The notes beneath the pieces were generated by a model. It did no database searches. It was not told where the DNA came from and worked only from the letters and a program-made list of their open reading frames with translations. Below, in pieces: positions 56,416 to 64,000 of a stretch of 64,000 nt of DNA (the stretch's first letter is position 1; every line of letters begins with the position of its first letter). The translations under genes were made by a program, and so were the position numbers. The stretch spans positions 18,196-82,195 of the forward strand of contig JAZDED010000033.1 in NCBI GenBank assembly GCA_043809145.1, read 5' to 3'. Source of the stretch: Candidatus Omnitrophota bacterium (GTDB taxonomy: Bacteria; Omnitrophota; Gorgyraeia; Gygaellales; Profunditerraquicolaceae).

Positions 56416-56793
56416 CTAACCAGCCATTAATTCAGTGACCATATTATATACCTCGGCAGGAGAAGTCTTCTGTTTTATTAAACAATCAACTGCGCCAAGC
56501 TTAACTACCTCCTCCCTGGTCTCTTCCGAGTCTCTGGAAGTAAGAACTAATACAGGTATATCTTTAGTAGCTGCGGAATCCTTAACAACCGCTAAAAAAC
56601 TTAACCCATCTAACCCCGGAAGAATAAGGTCAAGGAGAACAAAATCAACCTTGTTGGAATTTATCTTTTCAAGCGCTTCGTTACCATCCTCGGCAGTTAT
56701 AGTAGAATAACCATTCTTCTCAAAGACATCCTTAAGCATGCTCAGATTTAATTTATCGTCATCGATAATCATGACTACTTTATTGTCGGGCAT
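56416..56793 (-). CDS. single-domain response regulator (REC)
   Basis: VVMIIDDD, FVLLDLILPGLDG, VLVLTSRD and LIKQ. Confidence 0.85.
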   Translation of the reverse strand: MPDNKVVMIIDDDKLNLSMLKDVFEKNGYSTITAEDGNEALEKINSNKVDFVLLDLILPGLDGLSFLAVVKDSAATKDIPVLVLTSRDSEETREEVVKLGAVDCLIKQKTSPAEVYNMVTELMAG

Positions 56794-56807
56794 ACCCCCC
56801 TCCTTTT

Positions 56808-57749
56808 TTATTTATGCTTAAATGTTATATTATAACTTAGCTCGATAGTCCTGACCAAGTCTAATAACAGCGTATTAACTGGCGTAGGTATAGCCATCTC
56901 CTGGGCAAGACGCACAACTACAGAATTTATAAAATCTACCTCGGTGCGCTTCTGGGACAAAACATCCTGAAGCATAGAAGAAAGATTATTTGCCGTTGCC
57001 TCACAAACCGCCTCAACTTTAGCTAAAGGGTCATCATAAATAAGTTTTATCCTCTTTCTTTTGGCAACCCGGGTGGCCTCGGCTACCGCATTCCTAAGAA
57101 TCCTGCGCGTACCCTCAAATTCAAGCAATTTTCCGTTAGGTAGGCCAGTTATCGCAGTCAGAGCATTTATCCCGACGTTAATCAAAAGCTTTGACCAGAG
57201 AAGTGAACGGATATCCCGAGACACGCGAACATTTAACCCGGCGGACTGAAATAACTCTCTTATAGAGCGTAATTCAACCGGAATCTTTCCGTCTATCCTG
57301 CCGATAATGGTCTCGCCTTCTCCGCAGTGCCTGACTAATCCTGTCTCAATAAGCGTTGCCCCTAATTCAGTAGCCCCTCCAATTACCCTCTCTTCGCCGA
57401 CAATCTCAGAAATAATTTCCAAGCTCCCTATCCCATTCTGCAAAGAGAGAACTCTTGTATTCTGGACTAGCAAAGGACGGATAGAAGGAACTGCCTGTTT
57501 TGTATCATAAGCCTTAACACAAATAATAATCAGTTCACATGGCGGAACCTGTTTGATATCAGAAGTTGCTTTTACCTTAGCCTGCCAGTTTCCAGAAACC
57601 CCTTCGATCCTAATCCCTGAATTGTTTAGCTGGTTGGCTCTAAAGCAGTCCTTATCCAAGAGCCAGAGCTCCTCTTTAGTTTTAGATAAAAATCCGGCCA
57701 ACAAACAACCTAAAGATCCGGCCCCCAGAATCGCAACCCTCATAACCAA
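56808..57749 (-). CDS. panE: 2-dehydropantoate 2-reductase
   Basis: MRVAILGAGSLGCLLAG, VKAYD, LQNG and C-terminal ...PTPVNTLL. Confidence 0.8.
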   Translation of the reverse strand: MVMRVAILGAGSLGCLLAGFLSKTKEELWLLDKDCFRANQLNNSGIRIEGVSGNWQAKVKATSDIKQVPPCELIIICVKAYDTKQAVPSIRPLLVQNTRVLSLQNGIGSLEIISEIVGEERVIGGATELGATLIETGLVRHCGEGETIIGRIDGKIPVELRSIRELFQSAGLNVRVSRDIRSLLWSKLLINVGINALTAITGLPNGKLLEFEGTRRILRNAVAEATRVAKRKRIKLIYDDPLAKVEAVCEATANNLSSMLQDVLSQKRTEVDFINSVVVRLAQEMAIPTPVNTLLLDLVRTIELSYNITFKHK

Positions 57750-57759
57750 ACCTCCTAGT

Positions 57760-58533
57760 TTAAATACCCAATGGCAGAAAATTATCGATCTTATTCAATA
57801 CTCTTTGGGAATTTAATTCTTTTTCCAGGTGAAAATTAAAAAATGAGTCCAACAATAAATCCAGTTCTTTCTTAATCACAGGATTGATGCCCAAATTCAG
57901 ATTGGCTTTAAAATCATTCTTTTGAATATGCAGTATCGTAGCCACAGTACCCTTAAAGATGTTCCTTAAAGATACGCTCCTTTTACTTCTGGTGCATCCC
58001 GGGCATACCAACCCGCCCAGGCTCAGAGAAAATTTCATCTCTCCCGACATCTTTGCGTCGCATAGAACGCATGCATCCAAATTTGGTTTAAAACCCGACA
58101 GAGACAGTATCTTGATTTTAAAAATAGCTAATATTTTATCCGGATTGCTACTGACGCCTAAATGCGTAAGCAGGTTAAGGAATAAATCAAAAACCTCAAT
58201 ATTCTTCTCCTCTACCGGCATAACCGCATCTACCAACTCTGTAGCTAAGCTCACCATGCCTAGTTTACGTAAATCTAAACGTAGAGGACTGAAACTATTT
58301 ATTAAATCACACTGGCTCACCAGATGAAACGCAGAGTTCCTTCTGGGGTAAAAAATTATCTCATTATGAGAGAATAGCTCCAGGGTGCTGGCGAATTTAG
58401 CCGGCTCTGTCCGCGCCCCCTTCAATACGCCAGTTAACCTACCAAAATCCCGGGTGTAAAAATTAACCAAAAAAGAGGTCTCTCGTAACTCGCGCCTCTT
58501 AAGAATAATAGCTTCACTGCGCTCTATAGGCAT
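57760..58533 (-). CDS. recO: DNA repair protein RecO
   Basis: AIILKRRELRETSFLVNFYTRDFGRLTGVLKGAR and the zinc motif CVLC...CPGC. Confidence 0.85.
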   Translation of the reverse strand: MPIERSEAIILKRRELRETSFLVNFYTRDFGRLTGVLKGARTEPAKFASTLELFSHNEIIFYPRRNSAFHLVSQCDLINSFSPLRLDLRKLGMVSLATELVDAVMPVEEKNIEVFDLFLNLLTHLGVSSNPDKILAIFKIKILSLSGFKPNLDACVLCDAKMSGEMKFSLSLGGLVCPGCTRSKRSVSLRNIFKGTVATILHIQKNDFKANLNLGINPVIKKELDLLLDSFFNFHLEKELNSQRVLNKIDNFLPLGI

Positions 58534-58541
58534 AACTAATT

Positions 58542-59030
58542 TTATTGTTGAATACCTAATCTTTCTAATAAATTTGCTGACATTGCATTCATCCGCTTGC
58601 GCTGACCAAGCGTAAAATCATTATAACCTAAAATGTGCAGTATACCGTGAGCAATATACAGATAGGCTTCATAATCCAGACTGGTTTTAAAGACGCGTGA
58701 ATTGGTAACACAAGTCTCTGTAGAAATAACTATATCCGCATGAATATTCTCTTTGCCGCGGCTAAAATCAAATGCCAAAACATCCGTAGGGCTATCTTGA
58801 CCCAAGTATAAACGATTGAGCTTTCTCATAGCGCCATCGCCGGTAAAACAAACCAAAATTTCCGCGCCACCTTTAAAACCTTGCTGCTTGAGCGCGTAAG
58901 AAACAATTTCTTTAATTTTTTTGTCACTCAACGATACGCAAGAAGTTAACCTAACTCGCCCCTTGTTCTTGGTTGGGGCCAAGGTCAAATTCTTTCGCAG
59001 TCTTTTTATGGTCACGCAGCAGTTTTTCAT
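58542..59030 (-). CDS. ybeY: rRNA maturation RNase YbeY. The real start is probably an internal alternative codon near 58950-58980.
   Basis: PTDVLAFDF and HGILHILGYND (HxxxHxxxxxH-type). Confidence 0.85.
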   Translation of the reverse strand: MKNCCVTIKRLRKNLTLAPTKNKGRVRLTSCVSLSDKKIKEIVSYALKQQGFKGGAEILVCFTGDGAMRKLNRLYLGQDSPTDVLAFDFSRGKENIHADIVISTETCVTNSRVFKTSLDYEAYLYIAHGILHILGYNDFTLGQRKRMNAMSANLLERLGIQQ

Positions 59031-60396
59031 CCGGGTAATTTATGCGCGTATGATAGATTCCGGTTAAGATACGGATAAAAACATTAGAGATCTTCTCTAA
59101 ATCCTTTAACGTCAAATCGCACTCATCAAGCTGTCCGTCTATAAATTTATTATTAATAATCTTGTGCACAATTTCTTCGATTTTCGGTACATTGGGCTCT
59201 TTCATTGCCCGGGTAGCCGCTTCTACGGAATCAGCCAATAGGACTATAGCGGTTTCTTTAGTATTGGGTTTAGGCCCGGGGTAACGAAAACCCTCCTCTT
59301 TTACCTCCTGGTCTTCCTCCAAAGCCTCTAATGCCCGGCGGTAAAAATAATAAACCAAACCGGTACCGTGATGCTGCTGAATAAAATCGATTATCCGCGG
59401 ATTTAATCTATGGGCCTTTGCTAACTCAAAGCCTTCCTTGACATGATTTATAATAATGAGTTTGCTCATATTCGCAGGAAGGCTTTCGTGTTTACTGACT
59501 TTAATGGCCTGGTTTTCGCTGAAATATTCAGGTTTTTCAAGCTTTCCTATATCATGATAATATGCCCCCACCCTGGCCAATAGGGTATTGGCCCCCACTG
59601 CCTCACAGGCAAGTTCAGAGATATTGCCTACAATTAAGCTATGATGATATGTGCCGGGCGCCTCCATAATCATCCGGTTTAAGAGCGGATGATGAAAATC
59701 TGCTAATTCTAAAAGGCTGATATTGGTAATCGTATTAAAAAGGTATTCAAAAACCGGAGTACTGCCTAATACAACAACGCTACACAAAAAACCATTAGCT
59801 ACTAATAGTAGATACCCTTGGTGATTAGAAATAATAAAATTATCCATAAATAATAAAGAAAATGCCTGGATTATGCCTGTAATAATTCCTCCGCGGATAA
59901 CCGTATTACGTGTACGGGCATCAAAAACCAGGACGCTGGAAACTAATCCGCTAATTAAAAAAAGTATCCCTATGAGAACGTTATTAGCCGACATAAGAGA
60001 AACGCTTAAAGACAAGGAGATAGTAATGATAAGGCTAGTTATAAGATCATTAAAGAGCAGGGTAATCAACATCGGAGCAATAGAAAATGGAATAAAATAA
60101 ATCGAATACCCTCTAGATATCAAAAAGAAACTCGAAACAAAGATAAGAACAAAGATCAAAATCAGATAAAGCAGGTTTTGTGGTTTACAAAAGAGATTCT
60201 TACGATATATAAAATCTATGTAGAGAACAATCGACAAAAGCAATAATACTATAATCGGATTGATTTTGAGGCTAAAGCTCACAAAGAAAAGAAACAGCCC
60301 AAGCAACAAAATAACAAACAATCTCCTGAGATCCAGCGAAAAATCCGAGAATTGTATTACAAACTTAAATTTATTGATTCCGGTTAGCTTTTTCAT
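58951..60396 (-). CDS. 7TM-HD membrane phosphohydrolase (PgpH/YqfF-like HDIG protein)
   Basis: Seven TM helices, then [17 protein letters not shown] and LADSVEAA. Confidence 0.75.
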   Translation of the reverse strand: MKKLTGINKFKFVIQFSDFSLDLRRLFVILLLGLFLFFVSFSLKINPIIVLLLLSIVLYIDFIYRKNLFCKPQNLLYLILIFVLIFVSSFFLISRGYSIYFIPFSIAPMLITLLFNDLITSLIITISLSLSVSLMSANNVLIGILFLISGLVSSVLVFDARTRNTVIRGGIITGIIQAFSLLFMDNFIISNHQGYLLLVANGFLCSVVVLGSTPVFEYLFNTITNISLLELADFHHPLLNRMIMEAPGTYHHSLIVGNISELACEAVGANTLLARVGAYYHDIGKLEKPEYFSENQAIKVSKHESLPANMSKLIIINHVKEGFELAKAHRLNPRIIDFIQQHHGTGLVYYFYRRALEALEEDQEVKEEGFRYPGPKPNTKETAIVLLADSVEAATRAMKEPNVPKIEEIVHKIINNKFIDGQLDECDLTLKDLEKISNVFIRILTGIYHTRINYPDEKLLRDHKKTAKEFDLGPNQEQGAS

Positions 60397-61330
60397 ATGC
60401 TTGAACGATCTTTTGTACTAATTCATGCCTGACCACATCCAGGCCGCTGAAACGGGAGATTTTTATTCCCTCTATACCCTTTAAAATTTCTAAAGCCTGT
60501 AATAGGCCCTGAGGCTTTCCTCCCGGTAAATCACTCTGAGTTATATCACCGGTAATAACTACCTTAGAATCAAAACCCAGCCTTGTCAAAAACATCTTCA
60601 TCTGTTCCTGAGTTGCATTCTGGGCTTCATCTAAGATAATAAACGCGTCATTGAGCGTTCTACCCCGCATGTAGGCTAAAGGAGCGACTTCAATAATACC
60701 TGATTCTATATATTTTTCAATTCTATCGCCTTCTATCATATCATAAAGCGCGTCATATAAAGGCCTAAGATACGGAGAAATCTTTTCATACATATCCCCG
60801 GGCAAAAACCCCAATGATTCTCCGGCTTCAATAGCCGGACGGGTAAGAATAATCCTGCGTACCTGCTGTTCTTTCAAGGATTTTACGGCGGCAAACATAG
60901 CCAAATAAGTCTTACCGGTACCGGCCGGGCCTACGCCAAAAACAATATCGTATTTCCGGATTGCCTCAACATATTCCCTTTGCCCCTTTGTCTTAGGCTC
61001 AATTATCCTTTTATTAGTAAAACCCATCCTTCTATTATTAAACATCGCGGCCTGAAGGCCGTTTTGGACATCCTTCCTGCCCTTGTTAAGATTACCCGCA
61101 TCTCTCATTTCCAAACTACGGAAGTCATTATGAGTAAAATCATTCAAAAATTCCTGAATAAGGTTCGCTGCTTTTTTAACCCGGGCAAAAGACCCGTTGA
61201 TCCTTAAGTTCTCCCCATCCAAAGACAAAGACACCTTTAAATCTCTCTCTAATCTCTTGGCATTTCTATCATGCAAGCCAAATAAACCCTGCGCCTGATT
61301 AAGACTGTTAACCCGAATTATCTTTTCCAT
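60371..61330 (-). CDS. phoH: PhoH-family ATPase
   Basis: [30 protein letters not shown] and ILDEAQN. Confidence 0.9.
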   Translation of the reverse strand: MEKIIRVNSLNQAQGLFGLHDRNAKRLERDLKVSLSLDGENLRINGSFARVKKAANLIQEFLNDFTHNDFRSLEMRDAGNLNKGRKDVQNGLQAAMFNNRRMGFTNKRIIEPKTKGQREYVEAIRKYDIVFGVGPAGTGKTYLAMFAAVKSLKEQQVRRIILTRPAIEAGESLGFLPGDMYEKISPYLRPLYDALYDMIEGDRIEKYIESGIIEVAPLAYMRGRTLNDAFIILDEAQNATQEQMKMFLTRLGFDSKVVITGDITQSDLPGGKPQGLLQALEILKGIEGIKISRFSGLDVVRHELVQKIVQAYEKANRNQ

Positions 61331-61335
61331 AAATC

Positions 61336-61539
61336 AAAAATGCCTCTGGCGTTTATTTTTGATTTATTCCGCGCTCTGCGCGGAATTACTACCTTAAAAT
61401 TTGATTTGCCTCTGGCGTTTTGTTTAATTTTATCCTGCCTTCAAACAAACCATACCTTTGGTGTATATGGTTTGTTTGATACCGTGCTCTGCACGGTACT
61501 GGCGCTTAGGATTAAATTTATCCCGCATTATGTGCGGGA
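61336..61539. repeat. intergenic block of four hairpins and two 'TGCCTCTGGCGTTT' boxes
   Basis: Hairpins are ATTCCGCGC-TCT-GCGCGGAAT (61366-61386), a 13-bp stem CAAACAAACCATA/TATGGTTTGTTTG (61442-61478), TACCGTGC-TCT-GCACGGTA (61480-61498) and TCCCGCA-TTATG-TGCGGGA (61521-61539). The boxes lie at ~61341-61354 and ~61408-61421. Confidence 0.75.
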
Positions 61540-61540
61540 C

Positions 61541-62101
61541 TTATTTCATTGTATCTTTTTTAACTTTAACAGCCTCGTCGCTTTGATAGACAGAATCCAG
61601 CACTACATTAATAACCTGGCCAGGCAATATTTTATCCGGTCCTTTTAGAACTTCGGAATTGGCTTCGTAAATTTTAGTCCATTTACGGCTTGACCCATAG
61701 AACTTCTTGGATATACTTTGCAGGGTATCATTTTTTTGTACAGTATATTTTTCTATCCTTTGAGTAACCTCTACCTCCGACGGCAGAGAAGATTCTGTCA
61801 GATTGCCTTCTTCAGCTTGAATCACCGGAGAAACTGTCCGTATATCCTGCGCCTGTTTTAATTCAGGCTTTTCTCTGGGTTTAGCCAATGAGGGAAACTC
61901 GAATTCAATAACCTGTATTGTGCGAGTAGTCTTCCTGGGCTTGTCTTCAGGCAATTGCTGATTAGCCTGCAGGTATCCCCGGTTTCCCGGTAATTCCTGG
62001 TCGACCCTCTCTCTAGTTACCTGGTAGGTTCTGGCAACACAACCTGATAATAAAAGAACAATAAACAGAATAAGCAAATTAAATCTATTCTTTAAGAACA
62101 T
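61541..62101 (-). CDS. LysM-domain lipoprotein
   Basis: Lipobox LLSGC and C-terminal YTVQKNDTLQSISKKFYGS...WTKIYEAN...PGQVINV. Confidence 0.7.
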   Translation of the reverse strand: MFLKNRFNLLILFIVLLLSGCVARTYQVTRERVDQELPGNRGYLQANQQLPEDKPRKTTRTIQVIEFEFPSLAKPREKPELKQAQDIRTVSPVIQAEEGNLTESSLPSEVEVTQRIEKYTVQKNDTLQSISKKFYGSSRKWTKIYEANSEVLKGPDKILPGQVINVVLDSVYQSDEAVKVKKDTMK

Positions 62102-62158
62102 CTAAGCCTCCATTATTTATTCGCTGCGAATAACACAAAAGCAATCTGATAACCATAT

Positions 62159-63562
62159 TCAATCTTTTTTTTGATTGTCAGGTTCTTTTACGATTAAATG
62201 TAATTCTTTTAATTGTTTTTTATCGACAACTGAAGGAGCGCTGGTTAAAGGACAGAAGGCCTTCTGTGTCTTAGGGAAAGCAATTACCTCCCTGATACTC
62301 TGCTCGCCTGCAATCATGGCTAATAACCTGTCTACGCCAAAAGCAAATCCTCCGTGCGGAGGCGCCCCGTATTGGAAGGCTTCCAAGAGAAATCCAAATC
62401 GCCTATAGGCATCCTCTTTCTCAATACCAATAAGTTTAAGAATCCTCTCCTGTAGTTTCGGGTCATGGATTCTTATTGAACCTGAACCAATCTCAGCCCC
62501 ATTCAAAACCAAATCATAAGAACGCGAGCGCACCTTCTCCGGAGAACTCTCAAGTATCTCAATGTCCTCCTGAACCGGAGCAGTAAAAGGATGGTGCTCG
62601 CTCTCCCAGCGCTTCTCTTCCCCATTATATTTCAAGAGTGGAAAATCGATAATCCAGACAAAAGCAAATTCCACATTCAACTCTGCGCGCAGGTCCGGCT
62701 TATCACTCTTAAATTTAGCTACCGCATCCTTATATTGCATACGCGGAAAAGGCCTCTTTAATTCTACTCCTTTTAGCTCTTTAAATATGATCTGCATTAA
62801 TTCTTCAAAAACAGTAAAAATATCCTCCTCCTGAATAAAAGACATCTCTAAATCCAACTGCGTGAATTCGGGCTGGCGGTCAGCCCTAAGGTCCTCATCC
62901 CGAAAACATTTAGCAATCTGATAATACTTCTCAATACCCGCAACCATGAAAATCTGCTTAAACAACTGGGGGGATTGAGGCAAGGCGTAAAATTCACCCG
63001 GATTAAGCCGCGATGGCACCAGGTAATCCCTAGCGCCTTCAGGAGTAGATTTTGTCAAAATAGGTGTTTCGCATTCAATAAATCCATGGTTGTCAAGATA
63101 GGCTCGGATAACTCTAAAAAGATCATGCCTTAGCCTAAAATTACGCAATACCTTCGGCCTGCGCAAGTCCAGATAGCGGTACTTAAGACGCATCTCCTCT
63201 GTAATATCCAAATCGTCTTTAATTTCAAAAGGCGGAGTCAGGCTGGAATTAAGAATTTCCAATTCCAGGCCCAATATTTCGATTTCACCAGTCGGTATTT
63301 TGGAATTAATCATTCCGGACGGACGAAGATTAACTATCCCTTTTACCCTAACCACAAACTCAGAACGCAACTCCTGGGCTTTCAGGTAAGCACCTTGTGA
63401 CTGCTTAGGAATAAATACAATTTGGGTAATACCAGACCTATCCCGAATATCTATAAAAATAAGCTTCCCATGGTCACGCCTAGTATCTACCCATCCGCAT
63501 AAAATAACTTCCCTTGCGGCATCTTTACTATTTAATTCTCCACAGGTGTGAGTCATCAGCAT
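62159..63562 (-). CDS. aspS: aspartate--tRNA ligase, bacterial type but lacking the GAD insertion domain
   Basis: GWVDTRRDHGKLIFIDIRDRSG, FRDEDLRADRQPEFTQLD, GAPPHGGFAFGVDR. SDKPDLR is followed after 9 residues (AELNVEFAF) by VWIIDFPLL. Confidence 0.9.
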   Translation of the reverse strand: MLMTHTCGELNSKDAAREVILCGWVDTRRDHGKLIFIDIRDRSGITQIVFIPKQSQGAYLKAQELRSEFVVRVKGIVNLRPSGMINSKIPTGEIEILGLELEILNSSLTPPFEIKDDLDITEEMRLKYRYLDLRRPKVLRNFRLRHDLFRVIRAYLDNHGFIECETPILTKSTPEGARDYLVPSRLNPGEFYALPQSPQLFKQIFMVAGIEKYYQIAKCFRDEDLRADRQPEFTQLDLEMSFIQEEDIFTVFEELMQIIFKELKGVELKRPFPRMQYKDAVAKFKSDKPDLRAELNVEFAFVWIIDFPLLKYNGEEKRWESEHHPFTAPVQEDIEILESSPEKVRSRSYDLVLNGAEIGSGSIRIHDPKLQERILKLIGIEKEDAYRRFGFLLEAFQYGAPPHGGFAFGVDRLLAMIAGEQSIREVIAFPKTQKAFCPLTSAPSVVDKKQLKELHLIVKEPDNQKKD

Positions 63563-63570
63563 AAATACTC

Positions 63571-64000
63571 CTATTTGATTCGTGATTCGTGGTCAGTGCC
63601 TGCCTTACGGATAGGCAAGGTCCGCGGTTCGCGGTTAATTAGTAATTCCTGCACAACAGTAGAAATCGCAACTTCTCTCTGATTTCCTGTAGTTAGATCT
63701 TTTAAGGTTATGCTCTTATTCTGCAGTTCGTTATCGCCTAAAATTAAGACGGATGCAGCGCCAAGGTCATTCGCCCTCCTCATCGCTCCTTTTAAAGACC
63801 TATTCTCGTAATCTGTATCGGCCGAGATGCCAGCCTGACGCAAATCACGTAGAATAGTAATCCCTGTCTTCCTTGCGGCTTCCCCCATGGTTATTAGATA
63901 CACTAGATCATTACTTTGGGCCGTTGGCAGTGGGCCACTAACCATCAAAAGCCTCTCCATACCAAAAGCAAAACCTATTGCGCCTGCGGCATTACCTCCT
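63571..64000 (-). CDS. hisS: histidine--tRNA ligase, C-terminal part (continues beyond the window end)
   Basis: The frame is open to nt 64000 (..GGNAAGAIGFAFGMERLL = motif 3), then the anticodon-binding domain VYLITMG...VLILGDNE. Confidence 0.85.
   Translation of the reverse strand, partial: GGNAAGAIGFAFGMERLLMVSGPLPTAQSNDLVYLITMGEAARKTGITILRDLRQAGISADTDYENRSLKGAMRRANDLGAASVLILGDNELQNKSITLKDLTTGNQREVAISTVVQELLINREPRTLPIRKAGTDHESRIK

Noticed and set aside
61340-61648. 102-aa plus-strand ORF
   Set aside because: It spans the hairpin and box repeat block and then runs antisense to the LysM gene, so it is an artefact.

Overview
This is a 64-kb stretch of a moderately AT-rich bacterial chromosome. 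Hand-counted 60-nt lines are mostly about 40-45% G+C. It is almost fully coding, with a plus-strand block (1-35.2 kb) and a minus-strand block (35.4-64 kb). Recognisable housekeeping genes are pckG (partial), pabB-like, pcm, cobO, rbr, gpmA, apt, a sigma-70 factor, ppdK, glyQS, panB, panE, apbE, recO, ybeY, phoH, aspS, hisS (partial) and one tRNA-Arg(CCT). Outer-membrane beta-barrel, TonB, lipoprotein and LpxL-type genes indicate a diderm. GTP-PEPCK, PpdK, rubrerythrin, radical SAM and GH57 suggest an anaerobe, possibly an uncultivated lineage, but taxonomy cannot be assigned from sequence alone. c-di-GMP components are frequent: three PilZ proteins, a PilZ-PilT fusion and an HD-GYP. Two regions look like candidate undescribed systems. 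(1) A ~21-kb co-directional lipid or type-II-PKS-like supercluster at 2.0-23.5 kb. Its core is KS plus a catalytically dead KS (CLF-like), ACP, FabZ and FabG. It also carries two cyanobacterial-type acyl-ACP-reductase-like paralogues (one fused to SRPBCC), a thioester-reductase-type SDR, a GMC flavoprotein with an Fe-S-type Cys motif, a nitroreductase and a CrtI-type flavoprotein. Further members are an ICMT-type methyltransferase, PlsC- and LpxL-type acyltransferases, and GT28 and GT2 transferases. Two paralogous 7TM histidine kinase/response regulator pairs and an HD-GYP are embedded in it, and part of it is a clearly more AT-rich mosaic insert. (2) A minus-strand operon at 36.4-40.2 kb encodes a GH57 alpha-glucan enzyme, a membrane-anchored protein, a Soj/ParA ATPase fused to a CBM48/AMPK-beta-type glycogen-binding module, and a lysine-rich protein. 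I interpret this as a possible ParA-type positioning system for alpha-glucan (glycogen) granules. Smaller oddities are a tRNA-Arg-proximal duplication with 42-nt hairpin repeats, a family of tri-loop intergenic hairpins at two loci, and an NRAMP variant lacking the canonical metal-site Asn/Met next to a soluble MgtE_N/CBS protein. There is also an AspRS without the GAD insertion and several frameshifted or truncated genes. No CRISPR array, transposase, integrase or rRNA was seen.
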